The notes beneath the pieces are model-generated. The model saw only the letters and a program-made list of their open reading frames with translations. It did no database searches and was not told the DNA's origin. Below are positions 1 to 17,927 of a stretch of DNA of 64,000 nucleotides, piece by piece (within the stretch, counting starts at the first letter, position 1; every line of letters starts with the position of its first letter). Origin of the DNA: the human T2T-CHM13v2.0 reference genome, Homo sapiens; NCBI RefSeq assembly GCF_009914755.1, contig NC_060927.1, one strand, 5' to 3'. The position numbers were made by a program, and so were the translations under genes.

Positions 1-216
1 TAGATTCCTAGCGGTCTCAGGACTTTATAAAGCCCAAAGTGCCTATGTCATAATATGAGGAAAAATACTGAGACCCTTCCATATATGGGAGGTATATGGA
101 TGAGACAGCTCCTGACTTCACTTTTCCCAGAAATCTGAAAAGCAGCAGCAGTCATTCCAGAGCCCAGTTTCTACTTTGAAGGGCAGATTATTTATTCTTT
201 GAGCTAACCTGACTGA

Positions 217-554
<338 letters not shown>

Positions 555-883
555 ACTATTTTCTTTCTAATTGTTAATGAATTAATTTTTTAAAACTGTG
601 CTCCTAGAGCGAAGGGAGAGCTCTGTTTACAGTGTAACTTTTCAGAGCTTCTTTAACTAGATTTTAAGATCAGAATTAGTTGTTGTGAAATCTTAGGGAC
701 TGTACAAGATTAGAAATCCTCTATAGCAGCATTTCCCAAAGCAGGCTTCCAGAACACTAGCCTCATGAGGCATTTTGGGAAAAAAGAGTTTGCTGGTTCA
801 GTGTGTATGGGCAGTGCCACAAGCCGTACCCTCCGTTGAAGACACTCATTCCACACATTACTGCATAAAAAGCTTCCACCAGC

Positions 884-1520
884 CATTCGGCAAACTTATT
901 GAGTGTCTGCTATTTCCTGGGTATTGTGCTATATGGTAGGGTTATAGTAGTGAACAAAGAAGAAATGATGCCTGCTCTCAGCTGACTTTGCAGTTGGAAA
1001 GACACATGAAATAATTACGCCATTCATTAGCAGATTGTGCTAGATGCCTCACTGGAAAAATAAAGGACATGATGGAAAACTCTGTAGGGTCAGAGAAAGG
1101 GATCATTAGAGAAGGTTCTTTGAAGAAATATTTTTTGAAATATGAAGGATAAATAGGAATTAACTAGGTACCAATAGGTTAGGAGTAGAGCTTTCCAGAC
1201 AGAGGGACTAGTTCTTGGGAAGGTCTCCAGACAGAAATAAGTGTGGCTTGTCTGAGGACCTCTTATTCGCCTATTAACCTTCCCTCCCCAGTAAACACTC
1301 CTGGGAACAACACACATTGTAGAACCACGTTGTGGTGCTGTTCAGTATAGCAAGTAATTCAGCAGAGATAAGTTCTTGGAATCTCATCTTTGGGATTTAG
1401 TTACTAAGATACATTCAAGTTTGAGCAAAATAAGGTCTCAGAGCTTGGATTCATTGTTCTGTTCCAGCAATTAGAGCAGTACCTGGCACATAGCACAAGT
1501 GCTTGAAAACACTGACTGAG
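884..1520. mobile_element. Old L2 3'-end fragments in two orientations
   Basis: 'cattcggcaaacttattgagtgtctgctat...' and 'cctggcacatagcac...' resemble L2 termini. Boundaries are approximate. Confidence 0.55.
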
Positions 1521-1620
1521 TAGGGTAGGTGGGTGAGTGGGTGGGTGGGTGGGTGGGTGGATGGATGGATGGGAGGATGGGTGGGTGAATGGGTGAACAG
1601 ACAAATGGATGGATGAATGG
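1521..1620 (+). repeat. (GGGT)n/(GGAT)n simple repeat
   Basis: Directly visible tandem tetramers. Confidence 0.95.
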
Positions 1621-1776
1621 ACAGGCACAGGAGGACCTCAAATGGACCAAGTCTTCGGGGCCCTCATTTCACAAAGTTAGTTTATGGGAAGGAACCTTGT
1701 GTTTTTAAATTCTGATTCTTTTGTAATGTTTGAGTTTTGAGTATTTTCAAAAGCTTCAGAATCTCTTTTCTAATAG

Positions 1777-1889
1777 AGAACTGATAGAAATTGGATGTGA
1801 GGATAAAACCCTAGCCTTCAAAATGAATGGTTACATATCCAATGCAAACTACTCAGTGAAGAAGTGCATCTTCTTACTCTTCATCAACC
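1777..1889 (+). CDS. MLH1: MLH1 exon 9 (113 nt), N-terminal/transducer region
   Basis: taatag|AGAACTG...CAACC|gtaagt; encodes [37 protein letters not shown]. Confidence 0.98.
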
Positions 1890-3730
1890 GTAAGTTAAAA
1901 AGAACCACATGGGAAATCCACTCACAGGAAACACCCACAGGGAATTTTATGGGACCATGGAAAAATTTCTGATCCATAGGTTTGATTAAACATGGAGAAA
2001 CCTCATGGCAAAGTTTGGTTTTATTGGGAAGCATGTATAATTTTTGTCCTAAGTCTGTGCTCAGCCCTCCCACATGTGCTCATTGCTGGTTGACTGTTGG
2101 AGTCTGGTTCTTACCTCTAAGAGGAAGCCCAGGAGAGGGCATAAAGCCAGCACACTGTCCTCACCTGATGGTGTCAGAGTCCTTACGAGTAAGCCCTAGC
2201 CAGAACATTGCTGGAAGAGATCAAGGGCCACTGTTTGAAATTGCACAGCAGGATACGGAAAAGGGGTACCTTAGGTATAGGCATTGTCATTAAAGAAATT
2301 GCTAAGATACTTGAGATTTTCCTGTTTAAGGAATGAGCTTTATGATACAAAGAGCAGTTCTAAAAATTAGGGAGGGAATTAACTAAATTAATTAGGATAT
2401 TTCTCAAATTCCTTTACAGTTTTTGTCTCTCTGCTGATATAGTGTTTACATGATTGTTATTTACTAAACAAATGCTATTTTGTATTGTGCTCCTTATAAC
2501 TTAATTGTTTATTACAAGGTTTTGATGGTGACCTACCAACAACAAGTAATCCCAAACACAGTCTGAATTTTTTGTTTTCCATCCAGAAATAAGATGAATC
2601 TTTCCATTTCCGTGTTTTCAGTTTTCATCATTTTTATCCTATAGGTTACTTATCTTTATTTTAAAGCATTTCATAATAATTTTATAGTTTTTGTTTTGTT
2701 TGCTTGTTTGCTGTTGGAAATGGAATATTCCCTCCTTCCATTTAGACTGCTAACCAGCTGTAAATGTTTCAAAATATGCATGTTTTACAGCAGTTGTTCA
2801 AAGCAATACAGGAACAGTAAGGACAGAGCCAGTCATTTTACAACCACATTCTGTTAAACTGATGTCTATTAGCAGGGTTTTTCCTATTTTATTAGGAAGG
2901 ACTTACACCTGATATATAACAAAGCTTGTTTTAATCAAGGCTCAGAAAATGTTTTTCATTAGTTTTTTTCCTAACCATGAAGAATAACTGCTTTGTAACA
3001 CACATGCTGGCTATAAAGCAGACAAAAAATTCACTGTAGGTGCTGCCTGACTGGCCTCTGTCCGTGTTTCTGTTGGGGCTGCTTACCACAGCCTCTGCAT
3101 TATCATTAGCTAGTGTGTTCACAATACCAAGTTCCCAGTAGCAAAGAAAGGTCAAGCTCTTACGCATGCCATTCATTTATCTACACTGTGCAGGCGCACT
3201 CAGGTGGCAGGGACAAAGACCACTCCTTTGGCGCATCTCAAGTTCAGAATTCTCAGTAGAGGGGCTCCAGCTGTCCTTTTGTCAGGTGCCCATGCCTGCT
3301 CCAGGCCTGTGTGGTCAGGACACGTGTTACAGAGTACAGTGACATTAATGATGGGGCCATGGATATGGTCAGCACTCAGAGGATGTTAGTCTCTTCATTG
3401 ATAAAGTCACAACCACTTTTCCTGTTGGAAATAAAAAGATTTGACGTATCCTTGTCTACAGCAACACAGGACAACAGATAATCAGCAGGTCATCTAAATC
3501 TGTTCAGAGAGAAAGGAGAGCTGTTTCCTGAAAATACATCTTCCCCTGATTTTAGTCTTATTTTTTTCTGCCTTTATTGCTTTCTACCCTCTTCAAACCA
3601 GCCTCATTTCCTAAATTACCTTGAATATGCATTGACACTTGTACTGCCTGAAATTCTGGAAAACTCAGTATGGCTACTCCACCGTCAGAACTTCCTGAGC
3701 AAAGTTAGTTGCTCTCTCGGCTCACTGTTT

Positions 3731-4379
<649 letters not shown>

Positions 4380-4762
4380 TTGGCTCACTATTTAGCACAC
4401 ACACACGTCTATAATAGTGCTGGCCACTTGGGGTTGGAATTAGTTTATTTATCAGCATGTTGTCTCCCAGCACTTGGTGTGTGTGATATGCAGTATGTAT
4501 TTGCAGAATGAAAAGTCTGAGGGCTGACATCATATTTCCCACTGTGCCCAGAAAGAGCACAGTTAGTCCACATGAGCTAATGGGGGCAAAGGGAAGTGAG
4601 GAGGGAGAATGTACTGCCTTATCATGTTTTCTATTACTTGGCTGAAGTAAAACAGTCCCAAGCCGATAGTAAGATAGTGGGCTGGAAAGTGGCGACAGGT
4701 AAAGGTGCACCTTTCTTCCTGGGGATGTGATGTGCATATCACTACAGAAATGTCTTTCCTGA

Positions 4763-4945
<183 letters not shown>

Positions 4946-5315
4946 TAATGTAGCACCAAACTCCTCAACCAAGACTCACAAGGAACAGATGTTCTATCAG
5001 GCTCTCCTCTTTGAAAGAGATGAGCATGCTAATAGTACAATCAGAGTGAATCCCATACACCACTGGCAAAAGGATGTTCTGTCCCTTCTTACAGGTACAA
5101 GGCACAGTTTTCCTTCATTTATTCACTAATTTAGCAGAACCTCACTAAGAGCCTCCTATATGCCAGGCTCTGCGTTAGCAATAAAAGGAATGCCATGCCT
5201 CACCCCATCAGGAGGTGCTGATAGCTTGTAGGCGGAGTGGAAACAGATGTGCTCTAGAGGCTCTAAATATTACTTCTGCTGGGGTCAGTTGGGAAGCCAC
5301 AACAGCTACTGTTCA

Positions 5316-5879
<564 letters not shown>

Positions 5880-5915
5880 TCATATCCTAATTATCCTTGT
5901 TTTCATTTTGATTGA

Positions 5916-6292
<377 letters not shown>

Positions 6293-7076
6293 TAATAAAC
6301 TGGTCAAGTTATCACCTTGTTCCATCTCCATATTAATCAGGGTCCAAACAGGAGATAGAAACCATGCAACAATTTGAGTAGTTGAATAAAGAATTATAAA
6401 CAGGAGATTAGAGTAATAGGGGATTAGATAGTAAGAGGTGAAGAGATAGGAACAGCAGATATAAAGAACAACCATTTCCTCCTATGGCTGAGATACCATC
6501 CCCTCACCACACTCCCCCACCTACTCACTGAGATGCAGACCTTATTGAAGAGAATGTAACTGGCTTGCTGCGAGGTAAAGTCAATGAGGCGCTCCCCAGT
6601 ACCACTCTGAGGGGATGCTGGGGAAAACTGCCCATGAGAAGAGGGCACATGCTGCTGGCCACTTGTGCTAAAGAACTTGAAGTCTGATAGGAGTGCACCC
6701 TAACCTGGCATAGAAACCCTTTCTTCCTGCTGAGTCCCTCTAGCACCTTATACTGGCAAAGCTTTACATTGCAAACCTCCATTATCACAGAGCAAGCAAT
6801 GAAAGATGGACTCAGAGCTGAGGCGATAAATTGATAGCTAGCATAGCCTCTAAACTGACTTTTATGACTACATTTTATGGATAGAAAGTGTTCTTATATA
6901 TATTGTTTCTTTACATAATAGGGGACTTATTCATGGCTGCAGATGAGAAAACAGATCCTAAGAAGTTAAGTGACTTGCCCAAGGTCACACAAAGAATTCC
7001 ACTAGTTCTAAAATGACAGTAATTACAGTTAACATACATTGTATGTGGCAGATACATATAAAGCACATGGCATTAA

Positions 7077-7366
<290 letters not shown>

Positions 7367-7543
7367 ACTTGGCATGAATTTAATTCCCGCCATAAACCTG
7401 TGAGATAGGTAATTCTGTTATATCCACTTTACAAATGAAGAGACTGAGGCAAAGAAAGATGATGTAACTTACGCAAAGCTACACAGCTCTTAAGTAGCAG
7501 TGCCAATATTTGAACACACTCAGACTCGATCCTGAGGTTTTGA

Positions 7544-7846
<303 letters not shown>

Positions 7847-9479
7847 TGAAATGTGCCCGGCCAGACGTGAGAGCCCAGATTTTTGCCTGTTATTTAGGAA
7901 CTTTCTTTGCAAGTATTACCTGGATAGTTTTAACATTTTCTTCTTTGAACCTAGTTATAAAGGTATTGTGCTGTTGTTCCTAGGCTTAGAGTCATAAGGC
8001 CTGAGCTCACTTCCTCACTTTGCCTCCATCTGGAACCTTAGACCAACTTCCTAGGAAAACGAGCTGTCTGAAAACAGAATAGGGTGCCTCTTCAATGTGC
8101 TCTTCACTGGAGATGTTCAGGAGGAGGCTACTCCCACCTACACAGGGTGCAGTGGAGGGTCTGGGCCCCAGGGAGGCAGCAGGAAGAGTGGAAAGAGCGG
8201 AGGCTCTACTGTTGGACAGACCTGGGTTACCAGCCGTGTGACTAGCCTTCCCTGGCCTCCATATCCCCCTCAGTAATGAAGGAATGTGTCATCCCCAAAT
8301 CCAGGGACAGTTACAAGCAGTCAGTGAACAGAAAGTGTCTGGTACAGGTTCTAAGTGCTTATTATTCTAAGTCACTTCACTTACCTGAGTTCTCAGTTTT
8401 CCTATCTATAAGATAAGCAGGTTGGATAAAATGTTCTCCAATATACTCCTGGTCCTGAGATGATGTGATTGTGGGCAGCCCTTTAATCATGGTGAAGATG
8501 TTCATCATAAGCACACTGAAACTACAAAATAGGAATATAAATATTTTCTCCATTAAATTATGCTGGATCCTAGAAGCAAAAACTGGAACTGTGAAACCCT
8601 ACTTCACAGAAAACTTAAAATTCCCAAGCAGATGAATGCTTCTCGGAAGGACACTGACAGTTACCTACCTGGAAAGAATCTAGATGGAGGTGGCATGGGC
8701 ACTAAGCGGTGAGATTAAACCCAGTTAGGGCAGCCCCACCAGCCTTGGAACCCACACATCTGGAGATTGTTGATGCAGAGAGAAAGGTTCCTACTGGTGA
8801 GACCTGAAAGGGATATGTGGCAGGTGGGAGGAAGAAGTTCTGTCTGGAAACCAACCCTTGTTCCTCCGTTATTGATTGACTCCTGGTACCAACATGAGCC
8901 CTAGGTCTTATAGAGGCCATAAGTCCCTATGCCTTATAGTGCCCATGGATGAGATGAGGCCACACATGCCCCCAGTGGGTTAACATGTCTAGCGTGGGTA
9001 AGGCTCTTGGAGCACTATGATACACAGGAAATGCCCAGTAACTCTTAGTTGGTTTGATATCTGTTCCCATTGCTCACTTAAGCTCAGTGCCCCTTTACTG
9101 ATCCTTTTATTCTGCCTCCCTCTGCACATGTGCATTGAGACTCCTATCTGAGACACACACTGTGTTGGGTGCCCAGGGATGCAGCATAGATGTTGCTGCC
9201 TTCCACAGAAGCGCTCATGGTCTGCTAGAGAATATATCCCATGGGAGAGAAAAACAGACTCGGGAGAATATAGCAGGGGCCCTTGTCCTGGACTTTGGCA
9301 GTTAGGAAAGGGAGGGAAGAGACATGGAGGCTGGGACCCAAAGGCTAAATAGGAATTTGCTGGGCCAAAGGGGAGGGGGAATGAAAAGAGTGTTTCTGGC
9401 AGAGGAAATGGCAAGGATAAAGGCCTGGAGGCGCAAGAGAATATGTGTTTGAGGATCTGAAAGTTGAGTGCAGTGGGTC

Positions 9480-9645
9480 CAGTGTTCTCTACCCTGGCTG
9501 CCATTAGAATTACCTGGGAAACTTTTAGAAAATTCCAGTGTCTGGGCCCTCCCTAAAACAATAAATCATTCTTGGGTGGTGGGGTCTGGGCATCAGGATT
9601 GTTTAAAACCCTCCCCAGGTACTGTCATGTGCAGCTGGGGTTAAG
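9480..9645. mobile_element. MER5-like hAT DNA transposon remnant
   Basis: 'cattagaattacctgggaaactttt...ggggtctgggcatcag...ctccccaggt...gtgcagc' resembles MER5A/B. Confidence 0.65.
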
Positions 9646-10456
9646 CTGTGCTGGGGTCTGAGTATGGATCTGTTAGGGCAAGTGGCGGTGATGGAGTTGA
9701 GGCTGCAGAATTCAGGCCAAATAGAGAGGTTTTCATCAGGATATTAAAGAGTTTAGATTCCAATTTGGTGGGAATGGATGGGATCTTATTTGCATTTTAT
9801 GAAGAGCTCCCTGGTTGCAATATCAGAATGGATTGGAGAGGAGCAAGATGGAAGCCTACAGTGATTTGGGAGAAGTGGTGAGGGACTTGAGACACAGGAA
9901 GTAGCCCCATTCACTAATAGTTGAGTATGTAGATTTGCTAGGACCTGGAAATGGTTTGGCTGGTGGGGAGTGGGAAGAAAGGCCCAAAGTGTGAAATGAA
10001 GATGGAGAGCACATTGCCTAGCCCAGAGTGATTGCCATTTGCTCTGTCCCAGTTGAGGTCCAAGGGGTTGGCCAGAGATCATGGAGTCTGTGGCTCCATG
10101 GGGAGAAGAACCTCTCAGCATGCCTCCTTGTCTTATCCTGGGTTAGTCAGATTCATTTTGTTAGATTACATTTTTTTTCCAGTGGAACTCTGCTTAAGTC
10201 CTGACCAGTATGTTTTCAGAAGGATCAGAGGGCCTGCCCTTGTCCATTGGTGCATGACACCAGCTTGGTGGGTTCCTTGCTGCTCCCTGTTTTCATAGGG
10301 TTATCAGAATACCTTCTCTCCCTGCCACCAGCAGGTCACACTGGCTCCTGACTTTTTGGCCCATGGAACCACCATCTTTCTGCTTCTTAGATTGTGCCTT
10401 GTACTCCACTGATCATGGCCAGTACATCAGAAGCCCTGGTTTGCAGTGAATGCATT

Positions 10457-11415
10457 TGATATGGAAATCAGGAACCCTGGGGATACCACTCATCATATTT
10501 GGTTGCTGTGTTTTTCCTCCAATCTTTCACCATAACAACAATCAACTCAAAAGATTTCTATAACCACTTGTGTGGGGGTTTCTCCCCACACACTAAACAA
10601 GCAGTCAGTTCCAGAGTGGACAGCAGCTGGTCTCCTCCAATTTAATTCCAACACTGTCTACTTGGAGATAGCATTAGATCCCACAGGTTGAGGGTGCAGT
10701 CCCCTAGACTGCCCCCAGTCTCCTGCTTCAGACACCAGTCACAAGTCCAGGACTCTAGAAGTTCTGACCAGTTTCAAGTTGGGGTTCCCACAACCCCCCA
10801 CTTTATTTTTGATTAATTTGCTGGAGTGGCTCATAGAACTCAGGGAAACACTTAGTTTTCTGGACTTATTACAAAGATTTAAAAAGATACCAATAAATAG
10901 CCAAATAAAGAGATATACAGGGCTAGATCTGGAAGGGTCTGGAGCGCAGGAGCTTCTGTCCCCATCTACTTGGCTCCCAGCAGATGGATGAGTTCTTATT
11001 CATTTTCTTGTCAGCTTCGACATGTTCAGCTCTCTGGAAGCCCGCAAACTCTTGTCTTCTTGGGCCTTTTATGGAGACGTCGTTAGGCAGGCATGATTGA
11101 AACATGGACAACTGTGTCGAAATATGATTGGACATAAAGGGGTCTAAACTCAGTGAGGCCTGTTTGTTCAGATTCTTCTTGGCCTCTCTGTGGCCATTCT
11201 TTCCTCCAGGATATGGGGCAGGACCCCTATGGAATGAGGGTCTTATGACCCACAATCAAATTAGAGTCCTGCCTTGGGCAAGTGAAAGGAAAGCAGGAGA
11301 AGGTAAGAGAAATTCTGTTGCCTAAGACCTTCTGAGGCCTAAAGCACCCCAACATTATAACAGAAGACGATAACAGGACTATGGGAGTTATGAGCTGGGA
11401 ACCTTGGACAAAAAT
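10457..11415. mobile_element. MER21-like LTR
   Basis: 'gggggtttctccccacac...acactgtctacttggagatagcattagatcccacaggttgagg' is typical of MER21. Ends are approximate. Confidence 0.7.
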
Positions 11416-11519
11416 ATATACATATTAAATAAATATTAAGTGTATATATATACTTACGTATATTAAGTGTATGTGTGTGTGTGTATATATATATTTTTTT
11501 AATTTACTGGTTGGTTTTG

Positions 11520-12675
11520 GGAAGCAGAAATTACCATAACTACTCTTAAAAATCTTTTAAGTCTCTTTGAAGTTAGAAAAGTCACTGTACCTTTTTGTTT
11601 CCATTGGCCCTGTACTTCTTATTATACCCCAGCAGGAGGAGCATAATGTGTTGTTATATCATTCTGGTGATAAGATTCATAAGTGGGTTCAGCTGGTGAC
11701 AGCCTGATTCCCTCATTGTAAACTTATCCATCAACATGTAGCTTAATCGTTTCACCTTTTGTGATGACCATTACCTGAATCAGTTATTTCATTAGATTGC
11801 AAGATTATGCTTTTCTGATTTTATCATTTCTTCTGTATTGACTGTAATTCTTTGGTATAGAAGAACTTTCCCTTGTTAATAGCTATTTGGTTGTCCTGAA
11901 GTACAGTTCTTACTAGAAAGTAAGACCAAATGCTGAATTATATCCCTCTAGCTATCAATTTTCGAAGGAATGAATGGTGTCCTAGTAATTTCCAGTGGTG
12001 TTTAATTACGTTTTCCCTTCTCTTTCTCCTTCTCTTATTCCCTCCCTCTCCATCTCCTCCCTCCTCACTTTCAGTTTTTTGCTCTTTCAGTATTTTGTCA
12101 TAGCTGTTAACAGAGCAACATATTTTAATCAATTGTAGTCATTTTTCTTTTTGGTGCTCAAATTATCCCGTCTTAGTCCCATGGAAGCAAGCCCTTGGAG
12201 CTAGGGCCCTCTACCTTTTGATGGATTTCCATTTGTCTTGATAATTTCCTTGTTTCTGACAAGACAAGATGTTGCAGGCACATTTTATACTTTCCCAGCC
12301 CAAACCCTGGAATAGGCCTTTTCTCCGAGGAGCTCTAGTTCATTTTAGTGGGAAATGGTATTTAGAGACTATAATCTGGGATCTGGGAGTCCTCATTGCT
12401 ACTGAGTAGTCATTACTTTTAGGCTTTTCCAGTGGTCAGAGCTAGGAAATATGTATATTTAAAAATGGACAGTTGAATGGTTGTTGCCAGGAGCTGGGAG
12501 GAAGGGGAAGTGAGAAATTGTTTAATGGGCACAGAGTTTCAGTTTGGGGAAGATGAAAAAGTTCTAGAGATAGCTGGTGGTGATGGTTGCGCAACAATGT
12601 AAATGCCACTGAGCTCTCATTTAAAAATGGTTAAAATGGTAAATTTTATATATATTTTACCACAATAAAAAAAAG
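11520..12675. mobile_element. Old L1M fragments (L1MC/D-like on -, L1MB-like 3' end on + at about 12470-12675)
   Basis: Motifs 'ttctccgaggagctctagttcattttagtgggaaatggtatttagagac' and 'aaaaatggttaaaatggtaaatttt...cacaataaaa'. Confidence 0.65.
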
Positions 12676-12928
12676 TCTTCTTCTGGGAGCACCCCCCCAA
12701 GACAAAAATATGAAAATTTTACACTGATACTTCCATTTCAAGATAATTTTAAGATTATAAGGATTTTGCTTAATTCTTGAATTTTATACCTGTAAACCTT
12801 TTATACTTCAAATTTCGGGCAGAATTGCTTCTATAACAATGATAATTATACCTCATACTAGCTTCTTTCTTAGTACTGCTCCATTTGGGGACCTGTATAT
12901 CTATACTTCTTATTCTGAGTCTCTCCAC

Positions 12929-12930
12929 TA

Positions 12931-12964
<34 letters not shown>

Positions 12965-12972
12965 TTTTTTTT
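12929..12972 (+). repeat. (TA)9(T)26 compound microsatellite forming the exon 12 pyrimidine tract
   Basis: Counted directly. Confidence 0.95.
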
Positions 12973-12974
12973 AA

Positions 12975-13394
<420 letters not shown>

Positions 13395-13803
13395 TAATAA
13401 AACTGCCTTCTAACTTTGGCTTTTCATGAATCACTTGCATCTTCTCTCTGCCTGACTTGCCCTCTGGAATGGTGCTGGAATGGTCCTGTGGCCTTGTCCA
13501 CTGTCTGCCTTTGACCATAACTTGAAAGTCACCCACCATAGTGTCCTTTGAAATAACTTAAATGTCCACAGTTCCAAGCATGAGTTAAAAACACTTCAGA
13601 ATGTAGAGTAGTTGTTCAATTGAATAAACACACACACCAGAAAAAAAAGCAAGTTTATCTTTTATTTTTAGTAAAGAATTTTGATAGAGCCTCAACACCA
13701 GAAATGGCTAGAGAGAGAAGCCTAACATATCTGGAGGATTATTTTTCATCCTACTTAAAGCTGCTTTCACTTTTTTCAGGAAAAAACACACGTTCTGAAT
13801 CTA

Positions 13804-14223
<420 letters not shown>

Positions 14224-14470
14224 TTAATTTTGAGTACTTCCAGTGTACACTTTGCAGGTACTCTAAGACATTACCTCACTGAAATCTCTAAGGTAGATAT
14301 TCTTTATTTAAAGTGTACTTGTATGAAACCTGGAGCTCAAGGTGAAGGAATTTGCCCAAGGCTGCACTTGCACTATCGTGGCACTAATTAGCCGTGTGAA
14401 CTGGGACACGTTACTTCAGTTTGCTCATTTCTGAGTCAGCCTAGCAAGATGACTTCTAAGAATTTTTTCC

Positions 14471-14550
14471 AGCCGGGTACATTGGCCTGTAATCCCAGCA
14501 CTTCGAGAGGCCAAGGTGGAAGGGTCACTTGAGTCTAGGAGTTACACACA

Positions 14551-14581
<31 letters not shown>

Positions 14582-14747
14582 CCAGGCATGGTGGCAAATG
14601 CCTGTAGTCTCAGCTACTCCGGAGGCTCAGGTGGAAGGATCACTTGAGCCCAGGAGGTTGGGGCTGCAGTGAGCCATGATCACGCCACTGCACTCCAGCC
14701 TGGCTGACAGAGTGAGATCCTCTGTCTCAAAAAAAGAAAAAAAAAAA
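14471..14747 (+). mobile_element. Old Alu (AluJ-like) with (CA)n microsatellite (about 14544-14578) replacing the middle linker
   Basis: 'ggatcacttgagcccaggagg'; CA run visible. Confidence 0.88.
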
Positions 14748-15153
14748 GATTTTTTTCCAGGGAATAATAAAGGAAGCTAATATTTATGGAGCATCTACGG
14801 TGTGCCAAATACTTTGCATACGTTATCTCATTTAATGCTCTTATCCCTGCAGGGAAAGTATTAACATTTGTTTATCACTTGCAGAACTAAGTGATATTTA
14901 CCACAGAGTAGACAAATATTTTCAAGCCCAAAATCAAGTGGTATCACTTTTCTGCTGAGAATGTTTCAGTGGTTTCCTTTGCTCTTGGGATAAAACTTAA
15001 ATCCCTCACCCTACCCTTGCTCCAACCCTCCACTTTCCTTCTCCCATGTGGTGATTTGGCCATACAGCTCTTGTGGCTGATCTGAACTGACTGAGCTTTT
15101 TACCCTTTTGCTCTTGCTGTTCTTACAGCCTGGGAACCCCCTGGTTACCTCTT

Positions 15154-15243
15154 GGCTTGGTGTGGTGGCTTACATCTGTAATCCCAGCACTCTGGGAGGC
15201 CAAGGCGGACGGATCACCTGAGGTTGGGAGTATGAGACCAGCA
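15154..15243 (+). mobile_element. 3'-truncated Alu left arm without tail
   Basis: About the first 90 nt of Alu, flanked by gt(t/c)acctcttg. Confidence 0.85.
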
Positions 15244-15417
15244 AGTCACCTCTTGCCAGTGGCCTTTGTCCATTGAGTCTGAAGTTCTTTCTCCTCTCAT
15301 TTCCCCATCATTCTATTATGCTACCTTGTTTTATTTTCTTCATTGTGTTTATTGATACTTAAAATGATCTCTTTTCTGTTGCTGTTTGACTCTCCCACTA
15401 GAAAGTAAGCATTGTAG

Positions 15418-15719
15418 ATCGGGCACTGTGGCTCACACCTGTAATCCCAGCACTTTGTGGGGCAGAGGCGGGTGGATCACCTGAGGTCAGGAGTTCGAGA
15501 CCAGCCTGGCCAACACGGTGAAACCCCATCTCTACTAAAAATACAAAAAATAGCTGGGTATGGTGGCTCGTACCTGTAATCCCAGCTACTCAGGAGGCTG
15601 AGACATGAGACTCACTTGAACCTGGGAGGCAGAGGCTGCAGTGAGCTGAGATCACACCACAGCACTCCAGCCTGGAAGACATAGTGAGACTCTCTCTCAA
15701 AAAAAAAAAAAAAAAAAAA
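15418..15719 (+). mobile_element. Alu with TSD aagtaagcattgt, inside an L2 remnant
   Basis: Alu consensus, A-tail and duplicated flank. Confidence 0.93.
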
Positions 15720-16101
15720 GGAAGTAAGCATTGTGAGGGCAGGTACCTTCTCTGTTTTGTTCATTGCTGGATGTAGTTAGTATACAGCAGTATCTGATGG
15801 ATGGATAGATGGAGGAATGAATGAATGAGACTTCACAAATTCAGCTCACTTGCTCAAGGCCCTGCAGCTCTACGGGATGAAGCTATACTCCAGAGTCCTG
15901 CTACATTGGCTGTGTGGCCAGCTGCTGGGATCTGAGGGTTGTCAGATAAGCAGTCTACCAGAGAACAGACTGATCTTGTTGGCCTTCTGCCAGCACAGGG
16001 GTTCATTCACAGCTCTGTAGAACCAGCACAGAGAAGTTGCTTGCTCCTCCAAAATGCAACCCACAAAATTTGGCTAAGTTTAAAAACAAGAATAATAATG
16101 A

Positions 16102-16281
<180 letters not shown>

Positions 16282-17171
16282 TAAACGCTATGGCCTGCCT
16301 GGGATGCATAGGGCCTCAACTGCCAAGGTTTTGGAAATGGAGAAAGCAGTCATGTTGTCAGAGTGGCCACTACAGTTTTGCTGGGCAAGCTCCTCTTCCT
16401 TTACTAACCCACAATAGCATCAGCTTAAAGACAATTTTTGATTGGGAGAAAAGGGAGAAAAATAATCTCTGTTTATTTTAATTAGCATTAATTGGTATTC
16501 TTGTTAAACCATAGGAGTCAGAGTAAATCAGCCATTTCACCAATTTTCAGTTTGTTTCTGTCTTAGCTAACAGCAGTGTAATGGTCAGCAAAATTCTTAT
16601 CTTGTGTGCTGAATGGCATGTCCTGTTGCTGAAAGTGCACAGGCTTGGGAGGTAGCCATGAGCTCAAATCCTGGCACTACCACCTCTCTTGTGTGACCTT
16701 AGACTCCTGACCTTTCTATGCCTCAGTTCTTTCTTACCTATAAAATGAAATTAATTTTACCCTTAAAGATCATCGTGCTGATTAGAGATAAAATATAAAT
16801 AATAACACTTGTTACAGAGCAAGGAGTTGACACTTTTATATTCTGAAGACAAAGTGGTAAATCATTATCATCTATGTCAGAAATAGCTTTTGAGAATACC
16901 TGAGTATAGAACTATCTTGATCCCTGTTACTTCAAAACTAAAATAATGGTTTTAGGAATTAAAAGGTGAGGCTAGTCACCTCCAAGGGATGAACTGACTC
17001 AGGGATTGAGGTATATAACAGTGAACTGGTCCAAACAACAGTCCTGACCCCACTTTATGAGTGAGACTATGAGTAATGGTCTAAGTGTAGACATCATTGT
17101 CCAGGGCTCCAGTAGGCAGCTCTGTACTTGAGAATTTAGCAGTGACCCTTCTATTTTTCATCTATTATACC

Positions 17172-17927
<756 letters not shown>

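Noticed and set aside
8989-9504. 171-aa minus-strand ORF in intron 11
   Set aside because: No recognisable domain, starts in a MER5-like remnant, and has no splice or promoter support.
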